Below, piece after piece: positions 26,627 to 36,126 of a stretch of DNA of 58,021 nucleotides; the first letter of the stretch is position 1, and each line of letters opens with the position of its first letter. The notes under the pieces were generated by a model that did no database searches, was not told the DNA's origin, and saw only the letters and a list, made by a program, of their open reading frames with translations. Position numbers and translations under genes: made by a program. Origin of the DNA: Anaerolineae bacterium (GTDB lineage Bacteria > Chloroflexota > Anaerolineae > JACIWR01); assembly GCA_014360845.1 (NCBI GenBank), contig JACIWR010000001.1, forward strand, positions 1-58,021. Reading direction: 5' to 3'.

Positions 26627-28348
26627 TCAGAAATCGAAGGTGCTGTCCAGCTCCTCGTCGCTGATGAGGAAAACGGTGTTATGAGGAGGCAGGGGTTCCT
26701 CGTAGAAAAACCGGGGCAACCTGTCGTCCTCTTTGGTGAACCCGGCCTTTCTGTTGAATTCCCTCTCTGCCTTCAGCACCCGCACGCCCAGGGCATGGGG
26801 GAAGTCATCCGGCCCCAGCGGGGTGCCCAGATAGGCGCTGAGCAAGCGACGAAAAGCTTCGCCACCATCGGGTCCCAACAGGGCCACGCTGGCCATGAAG
26901 CACTGCCCCATGGTATCAAATGCGGCCATGGCGATTTGAAGGAATCGGGAGGCTTCCACCTGGCCTTCCGGCTTCAGGGGATCGAGCAGGCCCTGCAAAT
27001 ACATCCCGACCACGTTCCCCGCCGTGTGGTCGGCGCCCATAGGCGAGGTGGCGAAGGTAACCCCATGTCCTTGCATGGCTCGCGGATCGTAGGCGGCAAT
27101 GCTTTGCCCCTTGACCACGGGCACCCGGTCGTGGTTGAAATGCTTGCCCACGGCGACGGGGCCACCCCCCAGAATCCTGCCGAATTCGGTACCCCGGCCA
27201 ATCTCTTCCACCATCTCAATGGCCGCCTCGGCGTCTCCGAACTCTTTGTACCCGGCATCCATGGCCACGGCGATGGCCACCCCCGTGCTCATGGTGTCCA
27301 CCCCGATGTCGTCACACAGATTGTCCAGCCGGGCAATGGCGTCCAAATCGGCAATGCCCGTCATACCGCCCATGGCCCAGATGGTCTCATACTCCAGGGA
27401 GCTGGTGACATACTTCCCCTGTTCATCCACAAACACGTTGGAGCAATGGACGACGCACTGGGAGCAGCCCATGTGGGTCGGATTGCCACCCCGCTCCTGG
27501 ATGATCTCTGCCATCCGCTCCCCGCAGATGTTCTCCCACCCCTCCAGCACCCCCCTGCGCGCGTTGTAGCTGGGGAAAGCGCCCATGGAGTTGACCGGGG
27601 CCACCAGACCGGCGGTGCCGAGTTTGGGCATCACTTCGGCGTTCATATGATCCGCCTTGACGATTCTGACCACCTCTTTGACCGCTTCTTTGAAGGCCTC
27701 CGGGTCGGCCACGGGGTCGGGGCTCTTCCCGCGCTGATCTACGACCAGGGCCTTGAGACCTTTAGCTCCCATCACCGCCCCCAGGCCCCCGCGTCCGGCA
27801 GCACGGCAGGGATGGCCATCGGTATCGGAGGACTGGATAGAGGCCACGGCCAGCTTGTACTCACCGGCCGGCCCGATGCAGAGCACCGCGGTTTTCTCGC
27901 CGTATCGGGCCAGAATCTTCTCCACAAGCTGGTACGTGCGCATCCCCCGGTACTCCTGGGCCGGGACCAGGCTTGCCTCTCCGTTCTGGTCAATTCTGAG
28001 GAAGTATAGCTCCCCTTCCGGGGCCTGCCCCTCGACCACCACCGCGGCAATCCCCAGGCGACCCAGGGCCGCCCCCATGGTTCCTCCCGCGTTGCTCTCT
28101 TTGATGCCCCCTGTCAGCGGACTCTTGGCCCCCACGGACACGCGGCTGGTATTGGGCAGAACAGTGCCGCTCAAAAGGCCCGGAGCAAAAATGAGCTTAT
28201 TCTCCGGTCCCAGGGGATCGCATTTGGGCGGCACCTCGGCGTTAATCATGATGGAAGTGAGGCCCCTGCCGCCAAGTCCCCTGTACTCCGGGGGCACATC
28301 TTCCACGCGAATAGTTTTGTCGCTCATGTTCACCCTGATGAGCTTCAT
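26627..28348 (-). CDS. Aldehyde:ferredoxin oxidoreductase (tungstopterin AOR family)
   Basis: 573 aa. MKLIRVNMSDKTIRVEDVPPEY..GGRGL..KLIFAPGLLSGT is typical of the AOR N-domain. AAGGAGG SD. Confidence 0.9.
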   Translation of the reverse strand: MKLIRVNMSDKTIRVEDVPPEYRGLGGRGLTSIMINAEVPPKCDPLGPENKLIFAPGLLSGTVLPNTSRVSVGAKSPLTGGIKESNAGGTMGAALGRLGIAAVVVEGQAPEGELYFLRIDQNGEASLVPAQEYRGMRTYQLVEKILARYGEKTAVLCIGPAGEYKLAVASIQSSDTDGHPCRAAGRGGLGAVMGAKGLKALVVDQRGKSPDPVADPEAFKEAVKEVVRIVKADHMNAEVMPKLGTAGLVAPVNSMGAFPSYNARRGVLEGWENICGERMAEIIQERGGNPTHMGCSQCVVHCSNVFVDEQGKYVTSSLEYETIWAMGGMTGIADLDAIARLDNLCDDIGVDTMSTGVAIAVAMDAGYKEFGDAEAAIEMVEEIGRGTEFGRILGGGPVAVGKHFNHDRVPVVKGQSIAAYDPRAMQGHGVTFATSPMGADHTAGNVVGMYLQGLLDPLKPEGQVEASRFLQIAMAAFDTMGQCFMASVALLGPDGGEAFRRLLSAYLGTPLGPDDFPHALGVRVLKAEREFNRKAGFTKEDDRLPRFFYEEPLPPHNTVFLISDEELDSTFDF

Positions 28349-28388
28349 AACTGGCCTCCTTTATGCTAGATGCTAGGGTTTGCCGGCG

Positions 28389-29486
28389 TTACATCCGCAG
28401 CACCGGTTTGATCACGCGCCCTTCCTCCATGTCTTTCACCGCGCGGTTGATGTCCTCGAAGGGATAGAAAGTGATCAAACGGTCAAAGGGGAAACGCCCC
28501 TGGCTGTACAGTTCAATCAGTCTGGGGATAAACAAATCCGGGATGGCATCACCGCCGAGGATGCCCTTCACCGTGCGACCGTTCATGAGGAGGTCCATGT
28601 CCAGAGCGACCTCCGTGCCCGGCGGCACAACCCCCACCAGCCCGCAAACTCCCAGACGCGGCAAAACGTCCACCGCCTGGCGCAGCACCTTGGGATTGCC
28701 GACGCACTCCAGGCTGAACTCGGCACCGCCGCCGGTAATGTCCTTGATGGCTTCCACCGGGTCTACCTCAGCGGCGTTGATGGTATGGGTAGCGCCGAGT
28801 TCATTGGCCATCGCCAGGCGCTCCGCCTTGACATCCACGGCGATGATGGTCGTACAGCCACACACCCCGGCGGCAAGCACCGCGCTCATCCCCACCGGGC
28901 CGACGCCAAAGACGGCAATAGAGGCCCCGGGCTTAGGTTGAAGGGAATTCATCACCGCCCCGGCCCCCGTCATCACCCCGCACCCCAGGGGAGCCAGGAC
29001 CTCCAGGGGAATGTCGTCCCGCACCTTGACCACGTTCCGCTCGTTGGCCAGGGCGAAATCGGCAAAAGACGACTGATTGAAAAAAGAACCGTGAACGGGC
29101 TGATCCCCCTTGCGCAAGGTTATCGTCCCGTCCGGGCGAGCGCCGTGGAAATTGTGCAGAAAGAAATTCAGGCAATAGAGCACCTTGCCCACCTTGCAGG
29201 CAGGACAGGTCCCACAGTAATCCCAGGCCAATACCACATGATCGCCCGGCTTGACCTTGGTCACCCGCGCTCCTATCCTTTCCACCACACCGGCCCCCTC
29301 GTGCCCAAAGACACTGGGCGGCGGCGGAATCGGCAGATGCATGTCGCGAGCACCCAAATCCGTGTGACAGATGCCGGTCCCGACGATGCGCACCAGCACC
29401 TCGTCATCCCGCGGCTCGCTGAGCTCCAGTTGCTCGATGCAGAAATCTCCTGAGGTCTCATAAACGACCGCAGCCTTGATCTCCAT
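28389..29486 (-). CDS. Zn-dependent NAD(P) alcohol dehydrogenase, aryl/benzyl-alcohol dehydrogenase (XylB)-like
   Basis: 365 aa. MEIKAAVV..EVLVRIVGTGICHTDL..VFGHEGAGVVERIG..KPGDHVVL closely resembles benzyl-alcohol dehydrogenases as I recall them. Confidence 0.85.
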   Translation of the reverse strand: MEIKAAVVYETSGDFCIEQLELSEPRDDEVLVRIVGTGICHTDLGARDMHLPIPPPPSVFGHEGAGVVERIGARVTKVKPGDHVVLAWDYCGTCPACKVGKVLYCLNFFLHNFHGARPDGTITLRKGDQPVHGSFFNQSSFADFALANERNVVKVRDDIPLEVLAPLGCGVMTGAGAVMNSLQPKPGASIAVFGVGPVGMSAVLAAGVCGCTTIIAVDVKAERLAMANELGATHTINAAEVDPVEAIKDITGGGAEFSLECVGNPKVLRQAVDVLPRLGVCGLVGVVPPGTEVALDMDLLMNGRTVKGILGGDAIPDLFIPRLIELYSQGRFPFDRLITFYPFEDINRAVKDMEEGRVIKPVLRM

Positions 29487-29509
29487 AATCCTCCCTCCTG
29501 GACTTTTAA

Positions 29510-30214
29510 CTACAATCCCAGATAGGCCTTTCGCACGTGATCGCTCTCAAGCAGCTCGGCACACGGCCCTTCCATGCATATGCGACCATTCTCCAGCACG
29601 TATGCCCGATCTGCTATCTCCAGAGCGCGTCGAACATTCTGCTCGATCAGAAAGACGGTAATCCCCTGATCACGGAGCCCCTGGATGATGCGGAAGATCT
29701 CTGCCACCAACAGCGGGGCCAGACCGTAGGAGGGTTCGTCAAACAGGCACAGCTTTGGCCTCGACATTAAGCATCGTCCTATGGCTAACATCTGACGCTC
29801 GCCGCCGCTTAATGTCCTGGCCAATTGCTTTTCCCTTTCCTTCAGCCTGGGAAACATCTGATAAACCTGTTCCAGTGTTTCCCCTCTATGTTGCCAAGCC
29901 TGGTAAGGATACGCGCCCATCTCCAGGTTCTCACGTACTGTCATCTCGGGGAACACCCTTCCACCTTCGGGCACATGGGAAATGCCCAGTTCCACGACGG
30001 CATGAGGGGGCAGGCCGTCTATCTGCTGTCCCAGGAAAAACACATGCCCTGAGGCTGGCCGCAGCAGGCCGGATATAGTGTTCAGCAGCGTTGTCTTACC
30101 GGCGCCGTTGGAACCAACCAGGGCAACTATTTCGGCCTCGTTGATTTGCAGGCTAACATTCCACAAAGCCTGAACCTTACCATAAAAAGTGCACAGATCG
30201 CGGATTTCCAGCAT
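29510..30214 (-). CDS. livF: ABC transporter ATP-binding protein (LivF type)
   Basis: Walker A GSNGAGKTT, signature LSGGERQ, Walker B LCLFDEPS. Confidence 0.9.
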   Translation of the reverse strand: MLEIRDLCTFYGKVQALWNVSLQINEAEIVALVGSNGAGKTTLLNTISGLLRPASGHVFFLGQQIDGLPPHAVVELGISHVPEGGRVFPEMTVRENLEMGAYPYQAWQHRGETLEQVYQMFPRLKEREKQLARTLSGGERQMLAIGRCLMSRPKLCLFDEPSYGLAPLLVAEIFRIIQGLRDQGITVFLIEQNVRRALEIADRAYVLENGRICMEGPCAELLESDHVRKAYLGL

Positions 30215-30218
30215 TGCC

Positions 30219-30938
30219 CTATTCTCCTAGGTACACCTCAATCACCTTCTTGCTAGTAGCGATCTCCTGGGGTGTCCCTTCGGCGATCTTGACGCCGTGA
30301 TGCAGCACCATGATTCGGTCGCACACGCTCATGATGGCCTTCATGACGTGCTCGATCATGAAAATAGTAATCCCCTGATCCCGAATCCTGGTTATCAATG
30401 CCATAGCCTCGGCCGTCTCCGTCGGATTTAGACCCGCCATCAGCTCATCGAGCAACAGCAGCTTTGGCTTGGTAGCCAAAGCCCTGGCCACCTCCAGGCG
30501 CTTCTGGTTGGCCAGGGTCAAGTCCTTAGCCGGGGTCGCCCCCACTGCCGACAATCCCACAAAGTCCAGCAAGGCAGTAGCTTCCCTGACCGCCTCCGCA
30601 GGTGCTACACTGTTTGGTGCCCCGAATAACGAGCCCAACATCACATTCTCAAGGGCGGGCATGTTGGCGAAAACTTTGACCGACTGGAATGTTCTTGCTA
30701 TGCCCATCTTACAGATTCGATGTGGCTTCAAGCCGGTAATGTTTGCGCCTTGGAACCTGATGACTCCCGACTTAGGAACCAGCGCCCCCGAGATCAAGTT
30801 AAACAGCGTGGTTTTACCGGCTCCATTGGGCCCAATCAGGCCCACGATTTCGCCCTCGTCCACGTAAAAGTCTACGTTTGAGACCGCGGCCAACCCGCCA
30901 AAATACTTGGTCACGCCTTCGCCTTCAAGTATTGGCAT
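30219..30938 (-). CDS. livG: ABC transporter ATP-binding protein (LivG type)
   Basis: GPNGAGKTT, LLLLDELMAG. Confidence 0.9.
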   Translation of the reverse strand: MPILEGEGVTKYFGGLAAVSNVDFYVDEGEIVGLIGPNGAGKTTLFNLISGALVPKSGVIRFQGANITGLKPHRICKMGIARTFQSVKVFANMPALENVMLGSLFGAPNSVAPAEAVREATALLDFVGLSAVGATPAKDLTLANQKRLEVARALATKPKLLLLDELMAGLNPTETAEAMALITRIRDQGITIFMIEHVMKAIMSVCDRIMVLHHGVKIAEGTPQEIATSKKVIEVYLGE

Positions 30939-31875
30939 GTTGCCCTCCCCAGATTCTTCTGCGCCACCTCTGAATCAGCCCTACGAGTCCGTTGGGCAGG
31001 TACAAGATGCTCACCAAGAGGATGGTGCCGATAAGGAGCATGTAGTAATAGGGAAACCTGGTGATCAAAACTTCCCTTAAGAAGGAAAAAACGACGGCAC
31101 CCAGGATGGGGCCATAGAGTTGCCCCAGCCCCCCGAAGATGGCCATTAGCACCGGCATAAAGGAGTTGTTGACATCAAAGGCGATGTAGGGGTCTATGTA
31201 TGTCAATCGGATGGCCCAGATTGCGCCGGCGGCCCCCGTGAAAACCGCGCTGATGGCAAAGGTGATGATCTTCAACAGCGTCACGTTTATACCGGTGTGG
31301 GCCGCGGCCTCCTCGTCTTCACCGATGCTCTGTAGAGCCAAACCATATTTGGAACGCTTGATAAAGTAGGTGGTAAGCAACAAGGCCACGAGAATAGCAA
31401 GCATGACGTAGTAAATGGTGTTGTTACCTACGGGGAGGAGGAATCGGCCACGCGTGCCCGTGTATTTGAGCTCATACCACAGGACAAAATGCTTGATGAG
31501 TTCCACCAGTCCGAAGGTAAAGATGGCAAAATAGATGCCTTTCAGTCTCAGAGTCAAAGCACCGACGAGCAGGGCGAGAAAGGCACTGGCCAGACCACCG
31601 ATGCAGATGACGACAGGCAAGGGTAACTTCATGCCCAGTATAGCGGAAGTGTATATGCCGACCCCAAAAAACGCCGCGGGGGCCAGGGAGACATAGCCGG
31701 TAGGAGCGGAAAAGAGGACCCAACTCACCGTCAGGACGATGTACATCAATATGGTATACACCAGCACGACCGCGTAGCCTGGGCGAGCGTGAGGTAAAGC
31801 AATCAGCAGGAGAAGGAGAACGAGGAGCAGCGCCGGTGCCCTGAGCTTTTTTAGATCAACTCCGACAGCGTTCAT
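30925..31875 (-). CDS. livM: Branched-chain-amino-acid-type ABC permease (LivM type)
   Basis: 316 aa polytopic membrane protein. 14-nt overlap with livG. Confidence 0.85.
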   Translation of the reverse strand: MNAVGVDLKKLRAPALLLVLLLLLIALPHARPGYAVVLVYTILMYIVLTVSWVLFSAPTGYVSLAPAAFFGVGIYTSAILGMKLPLPVVICIGGLASAFLALLVGALTLRLKGIYFAIFTFGLVELIKHFVLWYELKYTGTRGRFLLPVGNNTIYYVMLAILVALLLTTYFIKRSKYGLALQSIGEDEEAAAHTGINVTLLKIITFAISAVFTGAAGAIWAIRLTYIDPYIAFDVNNSFMPVLMAIFGGLGQLYGPILGAVVFSFLREVLITRFPYYYMLLIGTILLVSILYLPNGLVGLIQRWRRRIWGGQHANT

Positions 31876-31879
31876 CCCC

Positions 31880-32746
31880 CTACCTCCCCATGATACCCGT
31901 CGGCTTCACCAGCAGCAGGAGTACGAAGATGAGATAGTAGGCTATCAATGATAAGCTCGGGTCTATGTTGGTTACCACGCTGCCAATAATGCCCAGAGCA
32001 AAGCCCCCGATGAAACTACCGGGGATACTGCCCAGACCACCCAAGACCACCACGATCAGGGCGATGACGGTATACTCAAGGCCCATGGCCACATGAACGG
32101 GGTAACACAAGCTGATCAACATGCCGGCTGTACCGGCCAGGGCAGCACCGAGGCCAAAGCACAAGGCCAGTACCCGGTCAATGTTTACCCCCATGAGTCC
32201 CGCCGCGGCCGGGTCTTGGGCCGCCGCTCTGATGGCTTTGCCCGTGCGAGTGCGGGCTATGAAGAGGTAGAAGGCCACACCTATGACCACAGCGAACCCC
32301 AGGGTCATGAGCCGGTTAGCGCCAAAGACCGCTCCCGCCAGATTGACCGGCACACGTAAATAAGAGTATCCTCTGATTTCAGGTCCCCAGGCGATGGACG
32401 CTATGTTTTGAATAATGAACAGGAGACTGAAAGAAGCCAGCATGGAATTACTCTCGAAGACCCCTCGCGATTCTGACGAGGTCAAAAGGCGCTTGAACAC
32501 AGTCCTGTGAATGATGAAACCCAAGAGGAAAGTAAGAGGACCGCAAATAGCCAGGGATAACAGCGGGTTAACGCCAAACGCTGTGTATAATGTCCAGGTA
32601 ATCAGCCCGCCGAGCATGATAAACTCGCCATGAGAGACATTCAGCACCCGGGCGACGCCGTACTGCAGACTGAGCCCCATGGCAATCAGAGCATAGAGAC
32701 CGCCCAGCAGCAGACCAGCAATCACTATGTTCAAGAATGTAACCAT
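31880..32746 (-). CDS. livH: Branched-chain-amino-acid-type ABC permease (LivH type)
   Basis: Start at MVTFLNIVIAGLLLGGLYALIAMGL (ATG at 32746, AGGAGG upstream). Confidence 0.85.
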   Translation of the reverse strand: MVTFLNIVIAGLLLGGLYALIAMGLSLQYGVARVLNVSHGEFIMLGGLITWTLYTAFGVNPLLSLAICGPLTFLLGFIIHRTVFKRLLTSSESRGVFESNSMLASFSLLFIIQNIASIAWGPEIRGYSYLRVPVNLAGAVFGANRLMTLGFAVVIGVAFYLFIARTRTGKAIRAAAQDPAAAGLMGVNIDRVLALCFGLGAALAGTAGMLISLCYPVHVAMGLEYTVIALIVVVLGGLGSIPGSFIGGFALGIIGSVVTNIDPSLSLIAYYLIFVLLLLVKPTGIMGR

Positions 32747-32945
32747 CGTACGTACTGAGACCTCCTTCACTTCGGCAACAAGAGCAGCGCAGGCTGCCCA
32801 AAAGACACGGCGAGGCCTCTGGAGAGAACCAACCACTCACAGAAGTTACTGTTCTGCACCTTTTGGACAGCCTGCTCAACTGCTCGTCGTCGGTGCTGAA
32901 CCCGATGTACTCTGACTATCTTGGCAATGTCACATTAGAGGTCAT

Positions 32946-33042
32946 GTCACCCTGAGCGAAGCGAAGGGCCTCGTTTCTGGTGAATCAGAGCCCCCTGCTA
33001 ACCACGAACGCGATTCTTCGTCGCTACGCTCCTCAGAATGAC
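32946..33042. repeat. Long imperfect hairpin repeat (tcaccctgagcgaagcgaaggg ... ttcgtcgctacgctcctcagaatgac)
   Basis: Related to the 4621..4766 family. Confidence 0.6.
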
Positions 33043-33085
33043 ACCGAGTGAAAGCGGCATCTGCGAATCTGACATTGTCAAGCTA

Positions 33086-34399
33086 TTAGCCTGTTGGCCA
33101 CGGCGGCTTGGGATACACAAAGTCTGCGGTGGCCTTGTCCGTAGGCCCGACGACTTCATACACTCCGTTTATCCACTGACCAATCTCGCCGGGATGGCAC
33201 TCCTTGGCCAGGAGTCCATTCTCAAACCAGGTGGGCCCCAGCACGGTCTCTATCGGGTTGTCGGGTGAGGCCGAGGCGATGACGTCCCTTATCACCTTCT
33301 GGTCAAGGGTTCCCGCCTTCTCGATGGCTGCCTTCCATATGTCCAGCGCAGCCCAGTAGTACGGGTGTCCCCACCAATCCTGGATTTCCTCGGGCTTACC
33401 TTCGTAGAGCAAGTCGGCCAGTTGGTCGAGCTTCGCGGTTTGCCCCCGGGCAAAGCCGGTAAAACCTATTACCCCCTCCACCGCCGGACCAAACGCAGCA
33501 TGGTAGAACCCGAAATTGACGCCGGGGCCGCCTACCCAGGCCTTGGGGTTATAGCCGAGCTCTATTGACGTCCCCGTGGCAGGGATGATCTGGTCCGGAT
33601 AAGCGAAGCAGCAAAAGACGTCAGCTCCAGACGCATCGGCGGCCTTGATTACGGGCGAGAGGTCTTTAATGTCGGGCGGAAGACTCCTGCTGCCAACGAT
33701 CTCAATGCCCCTCTTCGGGAACTCAATACCTGCCACGCCGGAATACTCTATACCGTGGAGGTCAGCGATGTAGGTGATGAAGGCCGTCTTCGCACCCTTG
33801 GAGGCCAGAAGGTCTGCCAGAACCGGCAACTGGTACCAGTCGGAGAAACTCAGGGTGACGAACACATAGGGCAGACTGGGAAGCAAGTCCTTGATTTGCG
33901 TGGCACCGCCCTCGGCTGTTATCAGCACATAGCCGTATTTATTGGCTATAGGGGCCTGGGCGAAGATGAAAGAGGTGCCACAGGCAGGCCATAGAAAGTC
34001 AACCTTGTCCTCCAGGATCAGCTTCTCCGTCAGCCTGGCCATCGTGCCCGGGTCGCTGGTGTCATCGTACACGATCAACTCTATGGGTAGTTTCTTGCCG
34101 TACTCCTCTACATATATCCCCCCCTCCTCATTGACCATCGGGACCCAGGTCTCATAGATTGGTCTGAAGGCCGAGTCTCCCACCACGGCCACTGCGCCAG
34201 AGAGAGGTCTTGACATACCCACAACAATTTTGTCTTTGGTTGGCGTGGTCGGGATCGGGGTCGGGGCTGCGGTGGCCGGCGCAGTCGGAGTTGGGGCTGC
34301 GGTGGTTGCCGGGGCGCAGGCCGTTGCAACCAGTCCAACGCCGGTTAGCGCTGCGCCGCGAAGGAATTCACGGCGGGTTAAACCTTTCTTGGTACCCAT
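33086..34399 (-). CDS. ABC substrate-binding lipoprotein (LivK/type I periplasmic-binding fold) with twin-arginine signal
   Basis: Start at MGTKKGLTRREFLRGAALTGVGLVATAC, followed by a Pro/Thr-rich linker. AAGGAGGAG SD. An in-frame upstream ATG at 34456 also has an SD. Confidence 0.85.
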   Translation of the reverse strand: MGTKKGLTRREFLRGAALTGVGLVATACAPATTAAPTPTAPATAAPTPIPTTPTKDKIVVGMSRPLSGAVAVVGDSAFRPIYETWVPMVNEEGGIYVEEYGKKLPIELIVYDDTSDPGTMARLTEKLILEDKVDFLWPACGTSFIFAQAPIANKYGYVLITAEGGATQIKDLLPSLPYVFVTLSFSDWYQLPVLADLLASKGAKTAFITYIADLHGIEYSGVAGIEFPKRGIEIVGSRSLPPDIKDLSPVIKAADASGADVFCCFAYPDQIIPATGTSIELGYNPKAWVGGPGVNFGFYHAAFGPAVEGVIGFTGFARGQTAKLDQLADLLYEGKPEEIQDWWGHPYYWAALDIWKAAIEKAGTLDQKVIRDVIASASPDNPIETVLGPTWFENGLLAKECHPGEIGQWINGVYEVVGPTDKATADFVYPKPPWPTG

Positions 34400-34749
34400 T
34401 GTCTCCTCCTTTTCCTTCTTGGATTCTGGAAAACGGGTTAAACCTTTAGCACCCATTTTGCCCTCCTTTGGCATAACTGGAAACGAATCTCCTCATTGAG
34501 GAACAGCCCCTCATCCCCCGCCATCCTAAGACGTCAGGGGCAGCAGCATCCCCACCATCAATCATCCAGGCGATGATCCCGGCTTGTATCCACAAGCAGA
34601 ATGTTGGGCCCGCCCCTATCACGCCTAGGGAACCGCCTGCGGGGCGGGCCGGTAGAACCTCCCGGGTTTGCTCGTCGGACCTAAAGCCGCCCACTCTCCA
34701 GTGCAGCGTCTTTATCTCCAGTATCGCGACCCGGGGCCCCTCTCGGTGC

Positions 34750-36093
34750 CTATGCGTACACGCCGAACTCCTTGGCCGCGTCCACCATCGCCTTGACGTT
34801 CTCCGGCTTGGCATCGTCAAAGAACGCCCCATTGCACACGATGAGGCCCCCGTCCTTGCCAACCGTCTCGATGAGGTTCTTGACGTAGTCCCTCACATCC
34901 TGTGGCGTACCCAGGTTCAGCAACGAAGAAGGCACATTGCCGAGGAGACAGGCGTTCTGGCCCAGGGTCTTCTTGGCCTGCACCATGTCCGACTGGTCAA
35001 CCATCCACAGGGTCTTGCCCTTGGGAACGTCCTGGACGACCTCCAATCGCGTATTCCAGAAGCCCTCCAGCGCAGGAAGCGGCACGCACCCGCCCTCAAT
35101 CAGGCCCAGGATAACCTCTTTCAGGGTAGGCCAGTAGAACTTCTTGAACTGTTCATCGGAGAGGAAGCCATCAGCGCCCTTATGGAGCGGGATGAAGATG
35201 AGCGGATTGCCGGTAGATTGTGCCGAGCCTATCCCCATCTTAATCATGAGCGGCGTCAGGACCTCCATGGCCTTGAGGAGCTTGTCGGGCCGCCGGTAAA
35301 GGTCCAGCATAATCCCTTTGGTACCACGCAGGGTGTCGCCGATGACGTCGAACGGGGCCTTGGTGAATCCACCCAATATGTTCGGGAAGCCCAACGTGGC
35401 CAACACACCATCGGTACCACCTATGGGCCCTACCCACTTCAGCGCCTCAGCCCCGGCCTCGAAAAGGGCCTGAAAGGTGCTTTGCACAGGTGGCAACCCG
35501 AAGGGGATGAAGCTGAGAGCAAGGCCGTACATCTCGAGGATACCGGGGAAAAACGGGAGCATCTGGAAGCCCCCCAACGCTCCAAAGACACGCGGCAGGT
35601 AGAGGTGGATAAAGTAGCCCGTCGGGTCCTGAATCAGATCGTCATACTCCTCCGGCTTCATGTATTCGCCTTCGTTGCACTGGTAGGAGTGTTCCGGCGC
35701 GACCCCGTGGCCCGGCCAGGAGTAGAGCTTATAGTCCAGGATTTCAAAAAACTTCCCCGGACCCGGTGCATATGCCCCCCAATGCACATCCGGCTCAAAC
35801 TCGAGCACGAACTTCTGAAAGACTTCGGCACATTTGTCGTAGTTGTACATGGCCTCTTCAACGGTCATCCCGGCAGAGGTCCAGGGGAACATGCTGGGGA
35901 ACACGGTGACCGGCACCCTGTCCGGCAACTTTTTCATCTCGATGGCATCTCTAAATCGCTGTACCCGTTCTTTATACGCCTTCTCGGCCTCCGGGCTCTG
36001 GAACTGAAGGGGATTGCCCTGAGGGTCCTTTTTCTCAAGCACCCCTTGCCACAGCGCCTCCAGCTTTTCATCTGGGGATAACTGTTTTTCCAT
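34750..36093 (-). CDS. UroD-family methyltransferase (MT I-like), paralog D
   Basis: Start at MEKQLSPDEKLEAL (ATG at 36093, GGAGG 8 nt upstream). Blocks FIPLHKGADGFLS, FKKFYWPTLKEV and CLLGNVP. Confidence 0.8.
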   Translation of the reverse strand: MEKQLSPDEKLEALWQGVLEKKDPQGNPLQFQSPEAEKAYKERVQRFRDAIEMKKLPDRVPVTVFPSMFPWTSAGMTVEEAMYNYDKCAEVFQKFVLEFEPDVHWGAYAPGPGKFFEILDYKLYSWPGHGVAPEHSYQCNEGEYMKPEEYDDLIQDPTGYFIHLYLPRVFGALGGFQMLPFFPGILEMYGLALSFIPFGLPPVQSTFQALFEAGAEALKWVGPIGGTDGVLATLGFPNILGGFTKAPFDVIGDTLRGTKGIMLDLYRRPDKLLKAMEVLTPLMIKMGIGSAQSTGNPLIFIPLHKGADGFLSDEQFKKFYWPTLKEVILGLIEGGCVPLPALEGFWNTRLEVVQDVPKGKTLWMVDQSDMVQAKKTLGQNACLLGNVPSSLLNLGTPQDVRDYVKNLIETVGKDGGLIVCNGAFFDDAKPENVKAMVDAAKEFGVYA

Positions 36094-36126
36094 TTTTGTT
36101 ACCTCCATCTTCTCTGCTGAGCATTC

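Noticed and set aside
29510-34399. Impression that the ABC transporter genes are more A/T-rich than the flanking catabolic genes (possible separate origin)
   Set aside because: I cannot compute windowed GC or codon statistics reliably by eye, and membrane-protein composition alone could explain it. A sliding-window GC/GC3 plot would be needed.
34600-34720. Words resembling guanidine-I (ykkC) riboswitch blocks on the minus strand (GGTCCGACGAG, CCCGGGAG, and CTAGGGAACCG on the opposite strand)
   Set aside because: The blocks are in the wrong order and on different strands relative to the ykkC consensus as I recall it, and the ACGG-GGGA segment is missing. The region is better explained as a 10-bp GC hairpin repeat (GGCCCGCCCC...GGGGCGGGCC). 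An Rfam scan would settle it.
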